From Olleya sp. Bg11-27 (GTDB lineage Bacteria; Bacteroidota; Bacteroidia; Flavobacteriales; Flavobacteriaceae), in the NCBI RefSeq assembly GCF_002831645.1, contig NZ_CP025117.1:563514-627513 (forward strand): a DNA stretch of 64,000 nt. Reading direction: 5' to 3'. This document shows, one piece after another, positions 29,694 through 38,836 of this stretch (the first letter of the stretch is position 1; every line of letters starts with the position of its first letter). Position numbers and translations under genes: made by a program. A model generated the notes under the pieces. That model was not told where the DNA came from and did no database searches. It saw only the letters and a list, made by a program, of their open reading frames with translations.

Positions 29694-30245
29694 ATGGACA
29701 CAAACTTGTTAAACAACTACGTGCTTAAAGCCATAGATGCTTATCCATATGAGTTAGAAGAAACCGTAGAAAATTTAAATTATGCCTTGTCTTACGAAAG
29801 CAATAACGCTTACGCCTTATACTTAATGGCACGTTTGCAGGCAGAGCAATTTGGAGACTACGAAAAAGCCAAGCACTATTATGCCGAAGCTTTAGCTAAT
29901 AAAATGGATTTTCAGAGAGCATACCCAAAATACATACAAGTATTACTGGATAACGAAGACTTAGATGAAGCCAAAAAACTAATTGATTTTGCCTTAACCA
30001 TAAAAGGCATTGACAAAAGTGCTATTTGGGAGAAACAAGCTCAGATTTTTGAAATAAAACAAGAGTACAAAACCGCAATTAAAACACTAAAGAAAGCAAA
30101 ATTATTTGGATTTAACAATGACTTTATAAGCTATATAGATGCTGAGATTTCAAGAAATAAAAACAAAATGAAATCTAAACAGAAGCCATCCAAAAGTAAA
30201 GCGAAGAAAAAAAAGTGTAGAAAAAAGAAGAAAAAAACAAATTAA
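29694..30245 (+). CDS. TPR-like helical protein with poly-Lys C-terminal tail
   Basis: Starts 5 bp after the prfH stop. Helical repeats (AYALYLMARLQAEQFGDYEKAKHYYAEAL). C-terminus KSKQKPSKSKAKKKKCRKKKKK. Confidence 0.45.
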   Translation: MDTNLLNNYVLKAIDAYPYELEETVENLNYALSYESNNAYALYLMARLQAEQFGDYEKAKHYYAEALANKMDFQRAYPKYIQVLLDNEDLDEAKKLIDFALTIKGIDKSAIWEKQAQIFEIKQEYKTAIKTLKKAKLFGFNNDFISYIDAEISRNKNKMKSKQKPSKSKAKKKKCRKKKKKTN

Positions 30246-30252
30246 ATCAAAC

Positions 30253-30271
30253 TACGCAAAAAGATTGCGCA
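30253..30271. promoter_or_regulatory. Operator copy 2 (TACGCAA-aaaga-TTGCGCA) plus conserved promoter module
   Basis: One mismatch to the palindrome at 24891. Followed by tataatatttgcagtgtaatta, which matches the Bacteroidetes -7 TAnnTTTG element. Upstream of the 30382 ORF and the tRNA-like array. Confidence 0.5.
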
Positions 30272-30381
30272 ATAGACTATAATATTTGCAGTGTAATTAA
30301 AAGGAAGTCTTTTGGAATCAGACTTTAAAAGAAGTTGCTCCACCAGACAAGGACGCTGGTGGAGCTTAATTTAAAAAAGAT

Positions 30382-30675
30382 ATGGAACATTTAAACATTG
30401 ACACATTATTAAAAAAGAACGAAGACTTTTGGAAATCACTTGAAATACACTGCTTAGTTGAATGTTGTGGCATAGATGCTTTTGCTTTTGATAAAAAAAA
30501 CATTCAAAAAGAGAGTATAAACCATGACGTATCAGACATACAAAATAATTTGAAATTAATAATTAAACAAATTGACATCACAGAGTCAAAAAAAATATCC
30601 AGTGACTTATTCAATTTATATGAAAACAAAAAAGTTTTTAAAAATAGAATTAACGAGATTTTAAAAGTTCTTTAA
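30382..30675 (+). CDS. Hypothetical small protein
   Basis: 97 aa. Immediately upstream of the tRNA-like array and downstream of operator copy 2. Confidence 0.35.
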   Translation: MEHLNIDTLLKKNEDFWKSLEIHCLVECCGIDAFAFDKKNIQKESINHDVSDIQNNLKLIIKQIDITESKKISSDLFNLYENKKVFKNRINEILKVL

Positions 30676-30687
30676 AATATTAAAATT

Positions 30688-30772
30688 GGAAGTATTGAGC
30701 AATTGGTTGGCTCGCGAGACTATAACTCTCGTTTCTTAATTGAACATGTAGGTTCGAGTCCTACTACTTCCA
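30688..30772 (+). tRNA. tRNA-like gene, type-II (long variable arm) cloverleaf with non-canonical anticodon loop CUAUAAC (anticodon AUA)
   Basis: Acceptor ggaagta/tacttcc with G1-C72 and A73. D-arm gagc-aattggttg-gctc. Anticodon stem cgaga/tctcg. 16-nt variable arm. T-arm gtagg-ttcgagt-cctac. No encoded CCA. Tyr-like identity elements but A34 instead of G34. Confidence 0.5.
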
Positions 30773-30900
30773 CATCAAGCGTGTCTTGTTACGTGTTTCG
30801 GTATAGCACTATTGTATAAATCCTTGCGGTTTCGCATCAGGTTTTTATATCCAACTTGACTTGAAGGCTTTCGGTTATTTAGCCAAATAAATAATCTCCT

Positions 30901-31046
30901 CTATGTACGCAGGTTCGAATCCTGCCTTCATTAATTTGAAGTAGCTAAGTCCGGTTAAGCAATAGAAACAATCGCAGGTTCGAATCCTGCCAAGATCAAA
31001 ATGATCTTGTGGTCGAGCGGTCAAAGACAATGGACTCACACTCCAT
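30901..31046 (+). ncRNA. Array of tRNA-derived fragments: two T-arm units plus a split 3'-half/5'-half tRNA-like unit
   Basis: T-arm gcagg-ttcgaat-cctgc at 30909-30925 and 30974-30990. The second is followed by caagatc-aaaat-gatcttg, an acceptor 3' strand directly joined to a complementary acceptor 5' strand. Then comes a type-II-like D-arm gtc-gagcggtcaaa-gac and an anticodon-like hairpin atgga-ctcacac-tccat. No downstream T-arm. Confidence 0.4.
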
Positions 31047-31450
31047 TATTTCACGAAGAAGGTCACTTATAAAAATCGACCACTAAGTGTGTCTCACTTA
31101 AAAAGGCAAAAAACAAAGTAAAGGCGAACTCGCTAAAACAATTTGTTGTTGCAGCAGTCCGGAAAATACCTTGAAATACAAATGTATTTTTAGATGCCTT
31201 AGGTATTCTTTTAAAGACTCATTAGTTAAAATACAGTTTGAAAATCATTCAAATTACAATTAATTAATCTTCAATAAAACGCTACCTAAATCGCTTCAAA
31301 TCAATTGTCTTTCCGTAGTTAAAAGGATGGTTTGCTTTTGCTTTGTTTTAATAGAGAATAGCCATTTCAGCTTGACTGAAATTCTATTATAAATGATTAA
31401 TAGTTCTGAAATAAAAAACAAAAACAACAGAACATTAAAAACAAAATAAG

Positions 31451-32551
31451 ATGAAAAGAGTAAGAATTCATGCAGGAAAAGTCGGTTTAGTATTTAAAAA
31501 CGGTGATTACAAACGCGTCATCACGCAAGGATCACATTGGCTAACGTTTAATGAGCATGTAATAGATTATAGCTTAAACCTCGCCTTTAATACACCAACA
31601 GCATTGGAGGTTTTACTTAAAGATCAAACATTAGCAGCGATGTTACACGTAATCAATGTAGAAGACAATCAAATGGTATTAATGTATAGCAATAGCAACT
31701 TTAAAAACGTATTAACAGCAGGACGACATACCTTTTGGAAAGACTTAATCCACTATAAATTTACCACTGTAGATTTAAACGATATTATTATTCCAGAAAC
31801 AATAAACAAAGCCTTATACACCAACACTGTTTTACGTCCATACATCCGTACGTTTGAGGTTGCTGCACATGAAAAAGCAGTTTTAATTATTGATGATACA
31901 TTTGATAAAATTTTAGATCATGGCACATACCATTACTGGAGAAATAATCAAACTATTAAAATTGCGAAAGCAGATTTACGTCAATTACAATTAGAAGTTG
32001 GAGGTCAAGAGTTATTAACCAAAGACAAAGCCACAGTGCGCATTAATTTTTACGCACAATACAAAGTTACAGATATCGAAACTGCTTTATTGCGTAACAA
32101 AGATTACGAAAAACAATTGTACACCAACTTGCAATTAGCATTAAGGTCTTTTATTGGAGTCTACACTTTAGACGAGTTGTTAGACCAAAAAGACAACATT
32201 GCAAAAGCAGTAGTAGAAGATGTACAAACACAAGCACAAAAGTTAGGTGTAACCGTTTTACATGCAGGTTTAAGAGATGTGATTTTACCAGGAGACATGA
32301 AAGAAATCATGAATCAAGTATTAATCGCTCAGAAAAAAGCGCAAGCCAATGTAGTAACAAGACGAGAAGAAACCGCGTCTACACGTAGCTTGTTGAACAC
32401 TGCAAAATTAATGGAAGACAACAGCATGTTGTTTAAATTAAAAGAGATGGAATATGTAGAGAAAATTGCTGAAAAAATTGGCGAAATTACAGTGGCTGGA
32501 AACGGTAACGTAATCGAGCAATTAAAAGATATTTTTTCTGTAAATAAGTAA
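31451..32551 (+). CDS. SPFH/band-7 (stomatin/prohibitin/flotillin) domain protein
   Basis: SPFH-like core (QELLTKDKATVRINFYAQYKVTD...LRDVILPGDM...IAQKKAQANV) with a C-terminal coiled-coil. Length 366 aa. Confidence 0.75.
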   Translation: MKRVRIHAGKVGLVFKNGDYKRVITQGSHWLTFNEHVIDYSLNLAFNTPTALEVLLKDQTLAAMLHVINVEDNQMVLMYSNSNFKNVLTAGRHTFWKDLIHYKFTTVDLNDIIIPETINKALYTNTVLRPYIRTFEVAAHEKAVLIIDDTFDKILDHGTYHYWRNNQTIKIAKADLRQLQLEVGGQELLTKDKATVRINFYAQYKVTDIETALLRNKDYEKQLYTNLQLALRSFIGVYTLDELLDQKDNIAKAVVEDVQTQAQKLGVTVLHAGLRDVILPGDMKEIMNQVLIAQKKAQANVVTRREETASTRSLLNTAKLMEDNSMLFKLKEMEYVEKIAEKIGEITVAGNGNVIEQLKDIFSVNK

Positions 32552-32823
32552 GGTTATGGCGTATTCCAAACAAAAAAATTGGGTCACGCTTTCCGTTATA
32601 CCTTTTTAAAACGTCATTGCGAGCACAAAAGACGTGGCAATCTACTAAATCACAACTCTTAACAAAGTTAGGTTTTAGGTGGTTTAAAAAGGATGCCGCA
32701 TCAAATGCTTTGCATTCACGACTTCTTATTTAAGAAAATAAGAATGAACAAGTAATCGCTTACGCAGAACATGTTTATTGTGAATAGTCATCATTCTTGA
32801 CGTGTTTAAAAATTATACTAGTT

Positions 32824-32908
32824 GTTACTCCTGCAAGGTTTCCAAAACCTTGTAGGTTTAATAAACATAAAACCACACCTACAAGGTTTTAGAAATCTTG
32901 CAGGACAA
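32824..32908. repeat. Extended imperfect inverted repeat (long interrupted hairpin)
   Basis: tcctgcaagg-tttccaaaa-ccttgtagg ...22 nt... cctacaagg-ttttagaaat-cttgcagga. Both stem segments are exactly complementary. Confidence 0.45.
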
Positions 32909-32919
32909 TTAAACTTAAC

Positions 32920-32938
32920 TACGCAAAAAGATCGCGTA
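32920..32938. promoter_or_regulatory. Operator copy 3 (TACGCAA-aaaga-TCGCGTA) plus conserved promoter module upstream of rtcB paralog 2
   Basis: One mismatch to the palindrome. Flanked by the same ~55-bp module as copy 2 (aactacgcaaaaagat...tatcatatttgtagtgtaatta). Confidence 0.5.
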
Positions 32939-32967
32939 ACACACTATCATATTTGTAGTGTAATTAG

Positions 32968-34419
<1,452 letters not shown>

Positions 34420-34428
34420 AAAGGAAAA

Positions 34429-34460
34429 AGCGGACCAGCTTAGGTTGGTCTGCTTTGTTA
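34429..34460. terminator. Hairpin terminator between convergent rtcB2 and PPTase genes
   Basis: gcggacca...tggtctgc hairpin with flanking A/T runs. Confidence 0.55.
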
Positions 34461-34462
34461 AT

Positions 34463-35038
34463 TTAACAATAGATATAACCACAAAACTGCCCGCAATGTG
34501 TCAACGAAAAACGAATAGGCAACTCTACAAAACCATTAATCAACAGAGGTACACCAGATTGAGATTTTTCAATTTTTAACATTTCAATATCCAAACCTCC
34601 AGCGTCAGAAATTGATTTTAAAAAAGTATCTTTCAAACTCGTGCTTTGTGTTTTGTAATCAAAATTTTCATCTCTAAACCATTCACTTGTATAACTTTTA
34701 CCACGATCCAATAACGCAATAGAATAAATAAAGTCATCAGTAATTGTAGACTCTATAAAATAACGATTGTCTTCAATAATTACCTCTCCTTTAAAATTAG
34801 AAAGTAAAGTACATTCCAAACGTTTTGGATTAAAAAACCGTTTTCCAAACTGTTGTACATTTACTTTATACGCAGCTTCTTTCATGCTCCAAAGTAGCCA
34901 AACCATTTGGTCTTGATCTTTAGCAGACCAAATTAATTGCTGCTCTCTTGGCGTAAAAATTTTATCTAAAAAACGTGGACGTTTCCAATTACTATCTTTA
35001 GCAGCTTGTTTTAAATCGACAATATCATTGCCTATCAT
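34463..35038 (-). CDS. 4'-phosphopantetheinyl transferase superfamily protein
   Basis: IGNDIVDL and WSMKEAAYK motifs of AcpS/Sfp-type PPTases. Confidence 0.65.
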   Translation of the reverse strand: MIGNDIVDLKQAAKDSNWKRPRFLDKIFTPREQQLIWSAKDQDQMVWLLWSMKEAAYKVNVQQFGKRFFNPKRLECTLLSNFKGEVIIEDNRYFIESTITDDFIYSIALLDRGKSYTSEWFRDENFDYKTQSTSLKDTFLKSISDAGGLDIEMLKIEKSQSGVPLLINGFVELPIRFSLTHCGQFCGYIYC

Positions 35039-35289
35039 TTTGCTGCTAATTTTTCGTTTACAATATCCATTGCTGCTTTTACAGACGTCATTTTTTCCAT
35101 GTCGTCGTTTTCTATTCTAATATCAAATTCGTCTTCTACATCCAGAATAACATCTACTAAATTTGCTGAATTTATTTTAAGATCATTTATAAAATCAGTC
35201 GCTTCAGATAAATTATTAAAAGCGTCTTCGTTTTGAATATAAGGTTGTACAATAGTTTTTAGTTTCGCGATAAGTTTTTCTTTAGTCAT
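35035..35289 (-). CDS. Acyl carrier protein
   Basis: 84 aa, acidic, with an ACP-like helix-II region (LKINSANLVDVILDVEDEF). Overlaps the PPTase start by 4 bp. Confidence 0.6.
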   Translation of the reverse strand: MTKEKLIAKLKTIVQPYIQNEDAFNNLSEATDFINDLKINSANLVDVILDVEDEFDIRIENDDMEKMTSVKAAMDIVNEKLAAK

Positions 35290-35427
35290 AGTCTAATTTT
35301 TCTGTTTTATATTTCAGCGTAAGCGTAAATATATTTTTAAATATCTCTTTTTTTTAGTACTTCGACAAGCTCAGTGTGACATTTATAATCACAATTGGCA
35401 ATATCCAAGGTTATAATATTTATTACT

Positions 35428-35537
35428 CTTCGACAAGCTCACTTTGACATCTATATACACAGTTGGCAATATCAAAATTAAAATGTTTATTACAATCACA
35501 AATATGAAAAACCAATGTCAGTCTGAGCTTGTCGAAG
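35428..35537. repeat. ~110-bp palindromic MITE/REP-like element (complete copy)
   Basis: Terminal inverted repeats cttcgacaagctcactttgacat ... atgtcagtctgagcttgtcgaag with conserved core acaattggcaatatc. A half copy lies immediately upstream at 35359-35427. Confidence 0.6.
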
Positions 35538-35549
35538 ACCAATCACAGA

Positions 35550-35867
35550 TTAAATACGATTATTATACTGAGAATAATTTTTCGAAAATTCAATTAAATC
35601 TTGCCAGTTTTCTTCTATCAAAGCTTTTTTCTTTCTTCGAGACCATCCTTTAATTTGTTTTTCAATCGCAATGGCTTCTTTAGGATTTTCGAATTGTAAA
35701 TACCATAACAATTTAACAGGTAACCTCGTTGCTTTGTACGAGTCTTTTTTGTGGCCAGATTTATGTTGAGATAGTCTTCTTTCTAAATCATTAGTCATAC
35801 CAGTATAATACGTTTTATCAACACATAATAATATATAAACGAAATAAAACTTCATATTTAAGCTCAT
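35550..35867 (-). CDS. GIY-YIG nuclease family protein (UPF0213-like)
   Basis: FYFVYILLCVDKTYYTGMTNDLERRLSQH matches the GIY-x10-YTG signature. Length 105 aa. Confidence 0.75.
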   Translation of the reverse strand: MSLNMKFYFVYILLCVDKTYYTGMTNDLERRLSQHKSGHKKDSYKATRLPVKLLWYLQFENPKEAIAIEKQIKGWSRRKKKALIEENWQDLIEFSKNYSQYNNRI

Positions 35868-35882
35868 TTTATTAAAGATTGC

Positions 35883-35998
35883 ACTTCGACAAGCTCAGTG
35901 TGACATCCATAGACACAATTGGCAATTTCAAAATTAAAATATTTATTACAATCACAAACATGAAAAACCAATGTCAGTCTGAGCTTGTCGAAGACCAA
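35883..35998. repeat. Palindromic MITE/REP-like element copy
   Basis: cttcgacaagctcagtgtgacat ... atgtcagtctgagcttgtcgaagacc. Same family as 35428. Confidence 0.6.
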
Positions 35999-36018
35999 AC
36001 ACGGATTAAAAATAATTA

Positions 36019-36134
36019 CACTTCGACGAGCTCAGTGAGACATTTATAATCACAATTGGCAATATCAAGATTACAATGTTTTCTACAATCACAAATATTA
36101 AAAACTAATATCAGTCTGAGCTTGTCGAAGACCC
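36019..36134. repeat. Palindromic MITE/REP-like element copy
   Basis: cttcgacgagctcagtgagacat ... atatcagtctgagcttgtcgaagacc. Confidence 0.6.
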
Positions 36135-37405
36135 TAATTATATTTTTTAAAAATCACACAACCATTAACATCACCAAAACCAAAACTGGCTTTTGCTGCA
36201 ATATTTAGGCTTGTATGTATCGCTTGTTTTACAATTTTTTCTTCAGAAATTAATGCAGATATTTCAGGGTGCACGTCCTCGCAATTAATATTAGGAAACA
36301 CAAATTGATGTTTTAATTGCAATACAGTAGCGACACTTTCTATACTACCCGAAGCTGCCAAACAATGACCAACCATGGATTTTAAAGAATTTATATACGG
36401 AAAACCTGTTCCGCTTCTACCTAATGCTTTTGTCCAATTTTCTATTTCCAAGCTATCTTTTGAAGTCGCTGTTAAATGCCCATTTATAGTGTCAATATCT
36501 TCAGCTAAAATACCCGAATCTTTAACCGCATCTTGTATGCAACGTTGCACAGCTTTAGCATTTGGAGCGGTCATTGTCCCGCCATCACGTTGTCCTCCAG
36601 AGTTTATATTTCCGCCCAAAACTTCGGCATAAATAGTTGCCTTTCTTTTTAAAGCACTCTCTAAAGACTCTAAAACTAAAGCTCCTGATCCTGCACCTGG
36701 CACAAAACCACTTGCGGTTTCACTCATTGGTCTAGAGCCTTCTTTTGGGGTTTCAGTATGCTTATATGTCATCACTCGCATAGCGTCAAATCCTCCCCAA
36801 ATATAGGGTCCGTCGTCACTACAACTACCAACCAACATGCGTTTTGCTTGTCCGTTTTTAATACGTTCATAACCCATTAAAATAGCTTCTGTACCTGTGG
36901 TACATGCAGATGAGTTTGTAGTTACTTGGTTACCTAAGCCCAAAATTCCGCATAAAAAAGCACTAATTCCACTAGCCATAGTCTGTACCACAACTGTACT
37001 TCCTAATCGCTTTACCTGCTTGTCATCCAACTTATAAATAGCCTCTCTAAACTTTTCTACTCCTGAGGTTCCTGTTCCAAAAACAGTACCCGAATCAAAG
37101 TCTAAATCACTATCAGGATCAACTTCAAAACCAGCATCTTTCCAAGCATCCATTCCTGCAATACAACCATATAAAATACCAGAACTATTAAAGCCTCTTA
37201 GTTGTAAGGGGGTTAAGTATTCTAACTTTTTTTCTTCGGAAATATTAGGAATTCCACCAATACAACACGAAAAATTTAAATCTGCTAATTGTTGATGAAA
37301 AGTAATTCCGGATACACCATTTTTTATAGCCTTAGTAAATGCGTCGACACCTACTCCATTTGGTGCAACGACTCCTAAACCTGTTATTACGACTCTGTTT
37401 TTCAT
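36134..37405 (-). CDS. Beta-ketoacyl-ACP synthase (KAS I/II-like)
   Basis: Active-site Cys context (SSACTTGTEA) and HxxxGxxxxE/His motifs of the FabF/FabB thiolase fold. Length 423 aa. Confidence 0.85.
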   Translation of the reverse strand: MKNRVVITGLGVVAPNGVGVDAFTKAIKNGVSGITFHQQLADLNFSCCIGGIPNISEEKKLEYLTPLQLRGFNSSGILYGCIAGMDAWKDAGFEVDPDSDLDFDSGTVFGTGTSGVEKFREAIYKLDDKQVKRLGSTVVVQTMASGISAFLCGILGLGNQVTTNSSACTTGTEAILMGYERIKNGQAKRMLVGSCSDDGPYIWGGFDAMRVMTYKHTETPKEGSRPMSETASGFVPGAGSGALVLESLESALKRKATIYAEVLGGNINSGGQRDGGTMTAPNAKAVQRCIQDAVKDSGILAEDIDTINGHLTATSKDSLEIENWTKALGRSGTGFPYINSLKSMVGHCLAASGSIESVATVLQLKHQFVFPNINCEDVHPEISALISEEKIVKQAIHTSLNIAAKASFGFGDVNGCVIFKKYN

Positions 37406-37418
37406 ACTTTATTAATTA

Positions 37419-37470
37419 AAATACACCTCGACAAACTCAGTTTGATCTATAGTTTACAATTGGTATTATT
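37419..37470. repeat. Degenerate copy of the palindromic repeat family
   Basis: cctcgacaaactcagtttgat ... acaattggtatt core. Overlaps the 3' end of the dehydratase gene. Confidence 0.4.
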
Positions 37471-37933
37471 CTGCTTTCAGCATTCCTGAAATCTGTCCTC
37501 GACAAACCAATTCATTTTTCTGATTAAACATTTTTACTTTACATTTCAATTTATTGAAACGAAAGACTTCTTTTTCTGAAACTACAGTCACTGTTTCGCC
37601 TGGAAAAACAGGTGAAAAAAAATCTACTTGACTTGATGTTAAAGCTATTTGAGGTTTATTATCTTCTGAAATTTTATCCTTCAACATATAAATACCCAAA
37701 CATACTACACCTATTTGGGCCATACACTCCGTTAAGATAACGCCTGGCGTAATTGGATTGTCTTTAAAATGTCCTTTGTAAAAATACTCGTCTTTTTTAA
37801 AAGTATAACTTCCCGTTACACCTTCATTGGAAATCGTGTTTAATTCATCCACAAATAGAAATGGCTCTTGATATGGTAATAGTAATATGATTTTTTCTTT
37901 CGTCATTTTAACTAATATGTTCGCCTCCATCAA
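37466..37933 (-). CDS. Hotdog-fold 3-hydroxyacyl-ACP dehydratase (FabZ/FabA-like)
   Basis: LPYQEPFLFVDEL and GHFKDNPITPGVILTE motifs. Confidence 0.7.
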   Translation of the reverse strand: MMEANILVKMTKEKIILLLPYQEPFLFVDELNTISNEGVTGSYTFKKDEYFYKGHFKDNPITPGVILTECMAQIGVVCLGIYMLKDKISEDNKPQIALTSSQVDFFSPVFPGETVTVVSEKEVFRFNKLKCKVKMFNQKNELVCRGQISGMLKAE

Positions 37934-38705
37934 CAGGGATTACACAACCATTGATCCAGCTAGCTTCATCTTTAGATAACAAATACACTGCATTTGCAAC
38001 ATCTTCCGGTAATGTTAATCTGTTAAATGGATTACGTAATAAACTGTGTTCTTTAATTTTATCACTTCCAGGAATCATACGTAAAGATGCTGTATCTGTT
38101 ACTCCTGCTTGAATGCAATTGGCTCTGATACCATAAGGTGCAAACTCTAAAGCAATATTTCTAGTAATGGCTTCTAGTGTTACTTTTGCTGCAGAAACTG
38201 CTGCGTAATTTTTCCATGCTTTTGTATTGCCTTCACTTGTAAAACTTATGATTCTTGAATCGTCAGCGAACAATTCGCCTTCAAAAACAGCTTTAGTCCA
38301 ATCAAACAAACTAATAGCCATAGCATTTATTGTTAAATTGAAATCGTCAGTTTTAAGTGTTGGTTTTTGGTCATCCAACATTGGTTTTAAATTGCCTTTA
38401 GCAACGCTGTGTACTAATGTTCTTATTTTTCCTTCTGAGCCTAAAATTACTTTTAATTCAGAAATAATTTGCGTTCTTTTTTCTTGCTTAAAAGCGTCAA
38501 CATTAAACGATTTAAACTGTACTCCTTCTGCTTTTATTATATCAAAATCGGTATTAATTTCTGCTTCCTGAGTTCTTGAATTTCTGTGAATAATACAAAT
38601 ATTCATCCCATGTTTAGCTAGCTTTTTTGCAGTAGCTAAACCTAATCCGCTTGAACCTCCTAAAATGAGTGCCCAATAGTTTTTATGCTGAAAATCTTTT
38701 GTCAT
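37908..38705 (-). CDS. SDR-family ketoreductase (FabG-like)
   Basis: ALILGGSSGLGLATAKKL Rossmann motif. Length 265 aa. Confidence 0.8.
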   Translation of the reverse strand: MTKDFQHKNYWALILGGSSGLGLATAKKLAKHGMNICIIHRNSRTQEAEINTDFDIIKAEGVQFKSFNVDAFKQEKRTQIISELKVILGSEGKIRTLVHSVAKGNLKPMLDDQKPTLKTDDFNLTINAMAISLFDWTKAVFEGELFADDSRIISFTSEGNTKAWKNYAAVSAAKVTLEAITRNIALEFAPYGIRANCIQAGVTDTASLRMIPGSDKIKEHSLLRNPFNRLTLPEDVANAVYLLSKDEASWINGCVIPVDGGEHIS

Positions 38706-38733
38706 AAATAGTAAATCTTGTTTTATCAGACAC

Positions 38734-38830
38734 TTCGACTGCGCTCAGTGTGACGTTAAATTTTAAAATATTTTGATAACATTAAAAAGCTTCGACAAAT
38801 TGAGCATGACATAGCAATTACCATTTGCCT
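38734..38830. repeat. Degenerate copy of the palindromic repeat family
   Basis: cttcgactgcgctcagtgtgacgtt ... cttcgacaaattgagcatgacat. Confidence 0.4.
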
Positions 38831-38836
38831 TTATAA

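Noticed and set aside
30688-31100. Interpretation of the tRNA fragments as attL/attR scars of an integrated prophage or ICE
   Set aside because: No integrase, excisionase or phage-structural genes anywhere in the window. GC content and coding style match the rest of the sequence. Kept only as an alternative explanation in the tRNA-like finding.
30688-31450. Calling the array a bona fide Rsr/Y-RNA (YrlA) module
   Set aside because: No TROVE/Ro60 (rsr) gene is present in the window, and I cannot run the Rfam model. Reported only as tRNA-like ncRNA with this as one hypothesis.
35444-35653. 69-aa ORF
   Set aside because: Begins inside a palindromic repeat element and overlaps the GIY-YIG gene on the opposite strand.
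36375-38571. 85-aa and 114-aa plus-strand ORFs
   Set aside because: Antisense to the KS and ketoreductase genes.
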